Part shown: positions 20,936 through 32,000 of the stretch, one piece after another
Layout of the letters: every line of letters begins with the position of its first letter
Position numbering within the stretch: position 1 is the first letter of the stretch
NCBI GenBank assembly: GCA_000091205.1
Contig: AP006494.2
Strand: one strand, 5' to 3'
Source: Cyanidioschyzon merolae
Lineage: Eukaryota
DNA length: 64,000 nt
The notes under the pieces: generated by a model
Told to the model about the DNA's origin: nothing
Database searches by the model: none
The model's input: the letters and a program-made list of their open reading frames with translations, nothing else
Program-made: the position numbers and the translations under genes

Positions 20936-23900
20936 GGGAAGCGCCTGTGAGTAGGTTTCAGTTTACCCTACGGTGGTGGCATGTTTTCGCTCCGTTAAAC
21001 TTTTGGAAATGCTCAGTAATATCGAACTACAGATCACTATGAGATATCATGAATTCCCTGAAAAAAATCGTCTGCGTGTATGTGCACGGCATTCAAGTCT
21101 TGCTGGAAGGCTGAAACGCGTACCTGACCGGTGCCTTGCTCCCAGCAGGCACCGAATACACGCTCTCCTGGCCACTGATTTTCTGTATCACAAGCCTTCC
21201 AAATTTCAGCACAATCCCCGAAATGAGTACTGAACGAATCTTTCTCAAGTTCGGTCGCCCCAAAGTCGCTGGGCGCTTTGCAAGCACGAGGCGTTCTCGA
21301 TGCCGACCGAGGCGTTCAGGTTCCAATGACGAAAGCGCTCGAGCGTACCGTTGTCAGTGCAAGCACACCATACCAAGCGTCTAAGCGCTTCGATTGTCTC
21401 GCAATATGAATTTCAGTCTTCGAACAGGATACCATATCAGGTATATTGCTCCATTCTGTTCTCTTGTTCTCTATCTGTTTCAGTGAGCACCCGTGCTCAC
21501 TGATGCTTTTATGTTATCCTGAACGCCTCGAAGGGAATCAGACAGAATCGAATCCAGGACCTGTTCTACGACCTCGTCGACGGTACCGCATTCCAGCCTT
21601 TTCGCACTGCAACACGTCCAGCCCTGTGGGCTACCATCAAACGGAACGATTCGTCGGTCACTTGGTTTTCCAACGCATCATGCTCGTTGGCGAATGCATG
21701 CTTTCTGTCTCCATATAACAGATAGCGTTGGCGACCCCAGCGCTCTCCCAGGTATTCCAGCCAAAGATCGTCTCCGAGCGTCCTCTGGACGCACAAGTAC
21801 TCTCTAGACGAAGCGTACATAGCAATTCGCTCTGCGCAGTAGGGTCCACGGAGCGTCGGCAAGACTCTGTTCAAAGTCATTCCCCTTGCTTGTATGCCTC
21901 CTGGCGCCGATTATGTGCGAATGTCGTAAATATCGAGCCCAGGAAAAGTTGAGCAGCTTCATCTGCTTCTCGTTTACATCGTTGCCTGCCTCCGTGCCCC
22001 AGCCCTGGCGATATGGCGACAGCTGTGATGCCCGTCAACCCGAGATCTACACCCTCGTCGAAGTCTCTCTTGTCGTCTACCTTTAGCGGTTGATCATGAC
22101 TTTCGTTGCTCGACTCAGACCTGATTTTTTAGAGACTGAATGCAGTATGACGTTCCGTCAGTCTCCATCGTTTCTGCGAGCCTCTTTTCATTTCTGCCAT
22201 GTAATCGAGCAGCGTTGAACGAGCGCCGTCAAAGCTCCTCGTAAAGTTTTTCGGATGCTTCACGCTTTGTCGCAGAGGGACGATCTTGCTTCGCAGTGTG
22301 CTTTACTCGGCGAGGTGGCAGGGTTGTGGTCACTCTACTCCATAATCGATCTTTGTCTCCTGGAAAAATACGCACTGAGTGGAACGTTGGATTGGAACCT
22401 GGCTCGTCTATCTGTGTATTCACGTATATGGACAAATCCTCAAATCCTTGTTCGTAACCTTCCCCGTCGTGAACACGCCCAAGGATCGAAGCGCCTTATT
22501 CGGTACCCTCCCGCGCACCATGAGCAGTAGCGCAACACAGCATATTAAGGCTAATCGATGAAGAGAACGAAATGTCGAAGAAATTCCGTGTCATGGTTGC
22601 GAACGGCTCGTGAATTCAACTGTGAGCTCTAAAACAGAGTTCGGCAACAGAGCGCATACCTTCGACTGGATGCAAACTGGGCGAATGTGTCTGCGCGAAG
22701 AGCAGCTCACTGCCAGTATGCGCTGCATACGCCATGAGCGCTTTTAGTCATGGAACGCCACGTTGTCCAGAATAAGGGCGGAGGAGTGTGCGAAGCGGAA
22801 GTCACAAAGTGTGCCTCGACGAAACATGCGGTTTTGAACGATCCTATCTATTTGGCGACTGGCAGATGATCACAGACTGGCATCGCCGCTGGCGCGGATG
22901 TTGTCGGATACTCGCTTGTTGCTTCTTCACGATCAGCAGCCTTCCCTTCTTTCAATACACATATTGAGGTCTGCTTTTTCCCCAGAATGAATTCTCATTG
23001 AATGAGACCATCATTCGTCTTATGAGTTATAAGCGGTCGCAGATCAGTGTGTGAAATCTGTAGTGCATTTGCCAGCGCACGACCGTGTCGCAATAGAGGC
23101 GAGCATTTTTCTTCGTCCGTCGATGTCTCTTCTTCACCGCTCGAGTTAACGGTACGGACACTGCATATTCTGCGGCTGCTCTGGTTGTAATTGTTCGAGA
23201 ACACATGCATTGGAATGGATAGAGGACAAGGCAGTAATGTTCATGGAGTTTAACTTGTTCTTTCGCGGATACACGACGTTTGGAACGAGAACCATCAGAG
23301 GGGCGCTTCAACCACTTGCTGACCGCACAATGACTGGCCGCAACGAGTAATACCGTTTTTCGCGTGCCTGCAACGACAGGATCAGGTCTTTCCGCTGACT
23401 TTCTCCAATCCATTGGATATTTTTTCTGCTGAATATTTGCCAGGAAACCAAACCAAAACAAAAAGCACATTCTTATTCACGTGTTCGAGAATGCACTCCT
23501 CTAAGCATACTGCTTTAGCGAACAGTGGTTCAAGCACTGCTGCTGAGCTTGGTACTTGCAGCAGCGAAAAGGCGTTATTTACCTGTAAAGTGCGTTCGAT
23601 TCGAAGGAGGCACGAGGCTTGCACAAGCGCGTCCAGTGCGGATTCAGCGAGTCTGTTCAGATTCGGTGCATCGGTCACTAATCGAAACCATAGCTTTGTC
23701 CTTCGGTCAGGCTCGCGTGAGCGCAGAGCGCGAGGACCGCTTCGGCCTGAAAGGCTGGATCTAGCGGCCCTCTACGAGCGTCCACAACAACGACTCAGTT
23801 CCTCGAGGGGTCCGACTTCGATCCAGAAGTTTTCTCTTATTCGCCCCAGTGCAGTAACGGGAGACAGAGAGGAAGCGCGGCGACACGAAGATCGCACCAC

Positions 23901-24236
23901 TGTTGGCGACTTGGTTAGACCCTTGAATCTGGGACGCTTTCTACTTGCAATAACTTTGCTTCAAGAACTTTGGAAACGGGTCTGAGTGTTTTTCGCGCGC
24001 TGCGTGCGGTGACGGGTCTTGCGAGACAGCTCGCAAACCAGCCGAAGCTGGTGAACACGGTGGAGGGCATTTGCTGCCCAGACACGCACTAACTGCTTCT
24101 GCACCTGCAGCTGTTCAAGCTGACTCCGGTTTTGAGGAACACATATCGACTGGGGCGTGTTACCGTGCTCGCTCCCCAGCAGGGGAAGAACGGTCCCAGA
24201 GCCCGCCCCTCATCTGCAGTACCAACGAGGCCTGTA

Positions 24237-24554
24237 CACCCTATGGGTCTGTACTACTGCAAACGCTGCGGTGAAGTGCTCTTCAGCGCCAAGGACCTCG
24301 TGGGGCACAGCAACGGTCGTGACCAGCAGAGCGGAACGTGCACATCGCTTTTTACAGAGCCCTTGGACTGGGTCGATGCGGTCGGAAGAAATCAAGGTCG
24401 CATCTACTGTCAGCGGTGTACGTTTTGCGTTGGCCGTTTCTGCTGGAGCGGCATGCCCTGCTCGTGTGGTGAATGGGTTCGGCCGGCTTTCCAGTTCCAT
24501 TCTGCTCGCATCGAAGTACGTGGTGTGGTCAAGCTGGTTCCGAAGCAGCACTAA
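24237..24554 (+). CDS. Small Mss4-like/Yippee-like zinc-binding protein (tentative)
   Basis: MGLYYCKRCGEVLFSAKDLV...(about 50 aa)...RIYCQRCTFCVGRF gives two CxxC pairs spaced as in Yippee/MsrB-type Mss4-like folds. The tracked ORF is 24132..24554. Weak evidence. Confidence 0.3.
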   Translation, partial: HPMGLYYCKRCGEVLFSAKDLVGHSNGRDQQSGTCTSLFTEPLDWVDAVGRNQGRIYCQRCTFCVGRFCWSGMPCSCGEWVRPAFQFHSARIEVRGVVKLVPKQH

Positions 24555-25500
24555 CGCGTTCTACTGCCCACTTTTCGAGCTCATCGAGCACTTGTTCCTC
24601 TGAAAGGTGCGATTCAGGTCCGAGCACCTCCTCAACAATGCTGCGCACACAATCGGCAAACTCCGCAAGCCAAATGGCGTTCTCTGCTTCTCGCTGCAAT
24701 TGGCGTATGCGTTCCGGGAGTAAACGGTAATCAGGTACTTGAAGCATGATTTGCAAGTCGGTGACGAGTTGTCGGAGCTCCTGGTGCCAGTCAATCTGCG
24801 AATCAATAGTGCCTTCTCGTTGGGGCGCCCGAGCTTGCGGCTGTAATGATCCACCGACTCGCTGCTCCTGTTGCGACTGCCGTTCGGGCTGTTCTCGCTG
24901 CCGCTGCTGCTGCTGCTGCTGCTGCTCTTGTTGTTGTTGTTGTTGTTCTCGGCGTTCTCTTCGCTTACGTTCGATATATGCACGATATTTGAGCAGTTTA
25001 GACTTGAGCCAGGCAACCTGTCGATTGCTTTTCAGAAGGGCTTGCTCCATTTCCATTAGTGCAGCCTCAGCAACTCGAGTTCGGCTGTCTGCAGGCGGCG
25101 ACTCGCTGAGCAGACTCTGAAGCAGCATTCCTCGCCGCTCGTACTCAGCAAGCACTTGAGCGAAAGCAGCACGCACGGCAGCATCTGATGGCGCGTCCTG
25201 CAGACCTCCGCTTAAAGGCAAAGCTTGGAACCCCGCTTGACCTAACAGTCGATTGATGATGCGCCAGGAAGGTTGCTGCTGCTGCTGCTGCTGCTGCTCC
25301 TGCTGTGCGTTGTTGTACGTGGTGCTGCGACCGGCACCCGGGAGGTCTAGCCCAGCGCGAGCAGCGTCTCGAGGTGGACCCAAACCCCCAAATCCTGTGC
25401 GACTTTGGAAAGCGCCGCCACCGCTACTGATTCCAGTCGTCTCGCGGGGCAAGGGAACGGCTGGCGCAAGCATGAAACTATGCCAACAGCCTGTACGCAA
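24529..25500 (-). CDS. Hypothetical coiled-coil protein with two poly-glutamine tracts
   Basis: 323-aa ORF. Runs of Q are encoded by CTG/TTG repeats on the plus strand at about 24901-24950 and 25270-25300, and heptad-like regions lie between them. Confidence 0.45.
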   Translation of the reverse strand: MRTGCWHSFMLAPAVPLPRETTGISSGGGAFQSRTGFGGLGPPRDAARAGLDLPGAGRSTTYNNAQQEQQQQQQQQPSWRIINRLLGQAGFQALPLSGGLQDAPSDAAVRAAFAQVLAEYERRGMLLQSLLSESPPADSRTRVAEAALMEMEQALLKSNRQVAWLKSKLLKYRAYIERKRRERREQQQQQQEQQQQQQQRQREQPERQSQQEQRVGGSLQPQARAPQREGTIDSQIDWHQELRQLVTDLQIMLQVPDYRLLPERIRQLQREAENAIWLAEFADCVRSIVEEVLGPESHLSEEQVLDELEKWAVERVSAASEPA

Positions 25501-27263
25501 GAAGGCGGTGCTGGGAACTGCGTAACGGCATTGGCGTTGGAGGGCGCGAAATCTTCCATCGCATTTGCGTCTTGCGGCAGCGGCGACGCTACCTCGTTAC
25601 GCGAATGGCGCGCGCGAAGCGTGCGGGTGCGCGGCGGTCCCGCCCGCCCCCGTGAGCAGCACCAGAAAGCGATATATCGGCGGTAGAGAAACAGAGGAGT
25701 TCGGGTCTTTACGCGGATACAGGGGAAAGATAAAGCGTTCATGGAGGCATTGGGGTACCTTTTTCTACTATATGTTGAAGACGGGCGACTGGGGAGGTCT
25801 CGTCAGTGTCATCGACGTTGTGTCCATGGAAAGCGTGTAAAGGTTACAGGATAAACGTAGGAGCATATACAGAGTAACTGGGGCTTCTTCCTTGCTGTCC
25901 GTAGAAGAGGGGAATTTCGGGAGGCCTGGGTGGTTCTCACCATCTATTATTACGGAAAATGCGAATACGTTGCTGCGCAAACAACTCGAATGGTGCAGCG
26001 CCGGATTTCATCGATAAACTGCACAGTTCAAACTTTATCACTCGTATTCTGGATATCGTTCTCTAACCGGAGCAAGAACACAGCACGCGCGACAATGCAC
26101 ATGTATGAACGTCCTGTGTGCTCTTTTATTGATGGAATGAGCTCCTTGCGTATCATCAGACGCTCGTGGGTGCACATGTGCAGCCGCATCTCTCGCTGCA
26201 GGTAGCGCAAGCGATGTACAAGCGTCAGGGCTCGCGAGAGACGTGAGCACGCGCTACCAAGGCGCCTCGCAGTGCCGCGTATCGCTGGTGTGGATGCGTC
26301 GTGCCATGCAGACGCTGCGGATGCGCTTCGGAACAGAATCTGGACCTTGGTTCGTATGTTTTTTTTCGGCCCTGAAAGTCCTACAGCATCAAGTACCAGC
26401 ACAATCGATAGTTCGTGTGCTCTCCAGCTCGATTGACTGCCCCGGGTATGTATCAACAGCGAGGGCGAAGGGTATGGTGAGGATTCGGGCCCGCCACAAC
26501 GCGTCGAAGCCAGAGCAATCACCCAAGCACGTCCTTCGTATGCGGCGGAGAAAGGCGCAGCCTGATACGCAACGATGTTCTTGTGCGCTGAGCATTTGGA
26601 ATCTCAACTAGAATATTTCCTTCCACTCTTAGGCAGAAAGAAAAAGGATTTATTGCAGGACGCTCTGTATACAGCTTGGGCACTAGAATGTGCATCGAGA
26701 CAAGATTGAGACGCTTTGAACCCTAGCAATATGAGCAACCATGTATGTGCCGAGTCCCTGTAGAGCCGGTCTAGATCAGGGCGCTTGCATTGTGTTTGCA
26801 AGGGTGCCGCGCGATCCCGGAAATGTTCGCTGATATCGCAATCCTGCTGCTGGATATGATTTCGCCCTGAGAACATTTCTCCCATTTGAGGTGATCGATG
26901 GAAAGTCTCTTGGTTCCCGCTAGAGAGACATTGAAAATTTGGAAGAGCCGCGCTAAATGCCGAGGAGAATGAATCATACACAGCAAGCATGAGCCAAGGC
27001 GCCGAGAGATAGCACGTCCGCACACAGAGACATTGACCTTGATGCAATGGTTATGAATCTGATTGTATGGATTTTTCGGAACCGGCACAAGGAGTCCATT
27101 GCAAGTCCAGCTCGCTGGGCCAGGTCGCCATCAAGACGCGCTTACAGGCATCGAATACCAAGAAGCCAGTGACGCGGACTTGTAACCGAGATACCTATTC
27201 AGTAAACGCGAGTTTCCGAATGGCGACTACTGCAGAACGCAGACTGAATCGTGAAGACATGCG

Positions 27264-27286
27264 CACACACACACACACACACACAC
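27264..27286. repeat. (CA)n dinucleotide microsatellite
   Basis: cacacacacacacacacacacac, read directly from the sequence. Confidence 0.95.
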
Positions 27287-27575
27287 TCCGAGACACTGTC
27301 CAATGTGAGGACGCATCGAGCTGCGGCCTCGACTGGAATACATTGCATCGCGTATCTGCGACGACGCTCTCGTCGAAAACCCGGCAGGCACACGTGCCAC
27401 ACACACATACACCCGCACATCAGTAACCGCTCGCATGGAACAATGTACCCGGCACCATCACACATGGAACGAGTGAATGGAAATGCCCATCATCTCGCTT
27501 ACTGTCAACGTGCCTTATTCGCAACAGATATGGGCATGTGATCGAATTCCCAGCGCTTCAGAGCGCATCGAATCT

Positions 27576-28715
27576 TTACAGATCCGCAACGAGGAGCGAG
27601 TGCAGGACACTGGCGAGCGCTTCCACATCGCCTCTTGCGATCGAAGCCATGAGCTTGCCACCGATAACGATGCCGTCGGCGCCAACGTCACGTAACTGTT
27701 CAACTTGTTCAAGCGTCTCAATGCGTCCACTGCCGAGGCACACTGCTCCAGCGTTGCGCAAATCTACCCGGTACTTGTCCATCAAGTCAACAGCGCGACC
27801 CTTAACAACTCGTCGACGAGCGCGATCCACATCCGTAAACACGTAGATACCGGCTCCTGCCTCGAAAGCGTACTGCAGCTCCTCTTCCGTATGGACCTCT
27901 ACGAGCACCTCCATCCCGAGAATGTATGCCGCGTTCAGGAGTTTCTCGAGGTCCGGCAGGCATGCACCGGCGACCAAACAGGCGGCCTTGGCACCGGCCT
28001 CTGCGGCCTCCGCCAGCTGCAGTTCGTGGACGATAATGTCCTTGTAGATGATAGGGGGTGCTGTGCTCGGGTCCTCTCGGTGAAAATACCTCCAGTGGCG
28101 CGCAAAGTCTGATAGACTTGCACAGTCTTGATCGTAGAGTTCCGAATCGACGCTAACCATAATCCCGTCGAGTCCAAATTTGCTTCCAAGTGGTATTTCC
28201 GCTCTTAGATCCGAAAGTATCTCGGCAGCGGCGTACATATTCAAGGCGTGAAACTCTCGCGCAGGTTCAGAGGTTGCTGAACGTCGCTTGAGGTCGACCA
28301 CCACGGAGAGACGACCGCGACGTCTTCGCAACTTGGCACGGATATCTCGCGACGGTGCCTCTGACATGTAGCTTAATCGAAACGACAGGGGCTCTCTATT
28401 GCTCAGTTCATCGCGCACGTACTCGAACTTGCGCATGACGTCCTTTTCGAGCGCACCAGCAGGCAGCCAGTCCACTAGCTCCTCCTGTTGCGCCGCAAGG
28501 GGCTCTGTCATCATGAGGGTGCCTCGCTCTTGTCCAGCTCGCAAAGAACAAGTTCGCTTATGGAATCGTATCCGAAAACACGCTCCGACACCTTTGGGGT
28601 CTGTTGGACACAGCGTTACGCAGTGTCGGTGTGCTTTCCGGGCAGGCCGAGCTCCGACCAGACCAGCGCTGGTAACCGCAAAAGCAGGTGAGGCTCGGTG
28701 TTGTAAGGTGTTCAT
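27576..28715 (-). CDS. Indole-3-glycerol-phosphate synthase (tryptophan biosynthesis) with an N-terminal extension of about 100 aa
   Basis: IGPS blocks: VVVDLKRRSATSEP (IAEIKRASPSKG-like), PIIYKDIIVHELQLAEAAEAGAKAACLV (LRKDFIIDPYQI..GADAVLLI-like), LVEVHTEEEL, and C-terminal SGRIETLEQVEQLRDVGADGIVIGGKLMAS. Confidence 0.75.
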   Translation of the reverse strand: MNTLQHRASPAFAVTSAGLVGARPARKAHRHCVTLCPTDPKGVGACFRIRFHKRTCSLRAGQERGTLMMTEPLAAQQEELVDWLPAGALEKDVMRKFEYVRDELSNREPLSFRLSYMSEAPSRDIRAKLRRRRGRLSVVVDLKRRSATSEPAREFHALNMYAAAEILSDLRAEIPLGSKFGLDGIMVSVDSELYDQDCASLSDFARHWRYFHREDPSTAPPIIYKDIIVHELQLAEAAEAGAKAACLVAGACLPDLEKLLNAAYILGMEVLVEVHTEEELQYAFEAGAGIYVFTDVDRARRRVVKGRAVDLMDKYRVDLRNAGAVCLGSGRIETLEQVEQLRDVGADGIVIGGKLMASIARGDVEALASVLHSLLVADL

Positions 28716-29036
28716 GAGGCTGCGTGCACAGTCATACGCTCTTGAGCGACATAAAATACCCGTTACAATGTAGCAAGGAAGCGCGTTCGCTTGTCAGGTC
28801 CCACACAAGCGTGCGACCGGGTCGTTTCGTTCTGCAATGAAACGCGTCAAGCCAGGCGCCTCGTGGCGAGCATGACGCCCACAGCTGGAGCGAGGAGAGC
28901 GTCTGTCGCGTTTCCAGTGCGCTTTTCAGGAGCCGTGGATCCCGCTTTCCGTCTCGCTTGTAGAACGTTCACAGAACCTCTGAAAACAGGAGAGTTTGTA
29001 TCTGTACGTCTGGTAGGCTGGTGGCCTATGCGGTAG

Positions 29037-32000
29037 ATGCCGTACTTTGTGCAAGGGAGTGCGCGAACGTACGTCGCGGTAGCCACCAGCGGGACCGGAA
29101 CACCGGCCTCTACTGCTGGCTCTCCGGTAAGTCTTGACTTGGGACCACGTTCGTGGCATGCGTATCGGGGACAGAACGGGGAAGACAACTGCCCCGTCCA
29201 CCGACGAAATGAAGCAGGTGCAGTTTGTTCAGAGCAGTCAGCGCCAACGCATGCAACGGACGCGGTTCCTGATTCTATTTGGAGTCGTCTGCTATGGAAA
29301 GCGCCAACCACAGCGACAAGACGTCGCACAGGCGAGGAAACTAGCGGAAGCGTATTCGGAGCGTTCCTCGCAAGCGGAAGCGACCAGCGAACACCGTGGC
29401 AGTCCGCAGCGGCACTGGCACTATTTTCTGAAACGTTGCTGCTGGTTGCCAGCACCGATGCAATGTCCATCTGGCTCGCTGAGCGCATACTTCAGCCGGT
29501 TAGCCACTTTACGGATCAAGAATTACAACTTTCACGATATGGTCGAATTCGACAGGCTCTGTGGGGCCCATCGTGCCCATCTCGGCTCTCTGGAATCGGC
29601 CTTAGTGCCAGTGTTGCACTGCTCACGGAGAAGGGCATTGTGCTGCTGCTGACCCTGTCGGCGAAGGACGCCCCAGCGAGCCCCGAGGAAGCACTGCGCC
29701 CATGGTGGAAACTCGCTGACGACGACGCAGCTGTAGAGGTAGACGATTGGCGTCCAGATAAAGCTGACGGGGGTGCTATCAGCGGCATCCAGCCAAGTGC
29801 CGAGGCGCGGAACACGTCACAGGCGCAGCCTCTGGACGAGTCCCTGCACACTGATCATATTCGGTGCACTTGGACGCTTGCTTTGGAACATGTCGCATCG
29901 GTGGCATTGTCGGTTGCCAAGGAGGACGCCTCTTTGACGTCACATGCACTAGCGATGACAGCATGTCCAGCGGGGGTGATCGTAGCCAGCGCAAGCGGCT
30001 GGGTCGAGTGCATCAGCTGGAACGCGAGCACCATATGGAAGGTCGAAATCTTTGGGGAGACCCTCACAGACGAGCAGCTACTCCTCGAGGATATTTCCAT
30101 TTCCTCCAGAGAGGTACACGTGCACTACGATCAACAGCTGCGTTTAGGAGTCCTGTGTTTCCAGCAACAATGGTTGGTGCTCCTCCAGCTCGATTGTGGA
30201 GGATACTGTCGACCACATTGTGCAGCCCCGAGCGTTCGTTTCTATCGATATCCTGGTTTATGTTGCGTCGCCTTGGAGCCGCGGCACGGACTCGTTGGCT
30301 TAGGCATGGCAGACGGCAGTGTTCGTGTGCACCACCTGGAGTCCATGGCGCTCGAGTCGGTTTGCTCGGGCGCTCCGGGGCAGCAGCACGCTGCCCAAGT
30401 CACTCGACGCGTCAGGTCACTTTCCTGGGCCCCAGACGGTGAGGCTTTCGCACTCGCCTGGGATGAGCGAGGCCTGGCGATATGGAGTCGCCACGGCTGT
30501 CGACTGTTCAGCTCCAGCAGCTGGATAGGACCGCAGTCGCAGTCGCAGTCGCAGAAACGCCTGTCTGCAGTTGCGGTTCCCGCTACTCCCGAGCAGGACC
30601 CGCTACGTGTCCGTTCAGTGCACTGGCATCCTACAGGATTATCGATTTTTGTACAGTTTGCAGGAGAGGCTCCGAACGCGAACGCAGCGCTCTTTGGCGT
30701 ACTTCCTCTGCTGCGCCTGACGGGAGAGTTTGGAGGCTCCAGTGTCTGGGAAGGTAACCGCATCTATCCAACCGCATGTGCTGTCACGGACGATGCGGTG
30801 GGTATCGTCTCTATCCAGCGGGAGTGTGCAGATTACCGAACCTTAGGTGCACAGGTCGCACAACTATTGCTCCAACAGTGCGCTGAAGGTGTTGTGCATG
30901 GGCGTCGCTCCACGGCTACCGGGTGGCACTGGATGACGCTTGACGAAGCGTATTTGCGACGAGCCTGGCCGATTCGCCATGTTGCCTGGCAGGCTGCGTC
31001 ATCGTTTCTCGCGGTTTCTGGAACAAGTGGGGTAGCGCTCTGGAACCCTCAGCGTCGACGCTGGCGCTGGACGGAGCCAACTGTACGCGGTGCAGCGGGC
31101 ATCTGCATCGGCCTCGCTTGGCTGGGGCCGTTCCTGCTAACAATTTGGCGAGAAGATGCACCCTATGAGCTTCTCAAAGAAGAACGTTTCAGGTACTATG
31201 CACCTACTAACGTGCTTGCGCAAATCGATGATGCCGACTCGAGAATGTCGGCACGGAAGACGAGTTCTTATACGCTTCGTGTTTTCCATCGCAGTAAGCT
31301 AGGTGAAGAGCGGTTATCGAAACCGCTGCGTTTCCGCCACCGTCCTTTGAAGATTGATGTCCTAGAGTCCGGAATCGTATGGGTATACAATAGCGACTCT
31401 GTGATGCGAGTCTACAGGTTCAGCTGGGAGCAGCGGCGGCCTTGGAGCAGTTCCGTAGACTGGCGCTTTGTCCATTCTCTGCCTCTTCGTGTGGACTACG
31501 GCATCCAGCAGACCAGTGTTGACGGAGAGTGGCTCGAATCCTTTCGAGTGCTACCTTCACGGGTCCTGTCGCAGGGCGGAGAAACAGAGCACGCTTTTCT
31601 GCTTCCATTCGGTGCATGGCCTGGCTCGATTCTGCTGAGTAAGCCTCACAGAGCGGCTACAGAAACCGCAGAATCGCTGGCGAGCTCGCGAGCTGACCAG
31701 CCGTTTTCGACGCAGCATTCGCCACCGTCTGCTGACTCGGGCAGCATGACGAGTCCTTTGGACGCGAGTCGCGAACACAGCGCACTGTCTCAGGCTCCGG
31801 ACGGCATTCCCCGAAGCATGCTCCTAGTCCTAGGCAGTCGTGGGACACTGTTTATTGTGGATCCCCTGACCCAAGCAGAGGACGTGCTTGCGAGCGCGGT
31901 CATCCGTTACTGGTTCACCGCTGACTTGCGGAAACGACACTCGGTGCCTCAGCCTGCGCTTTGGGTCAGCACAGCAAACGGAGTCTATGCCATGAGCAGC

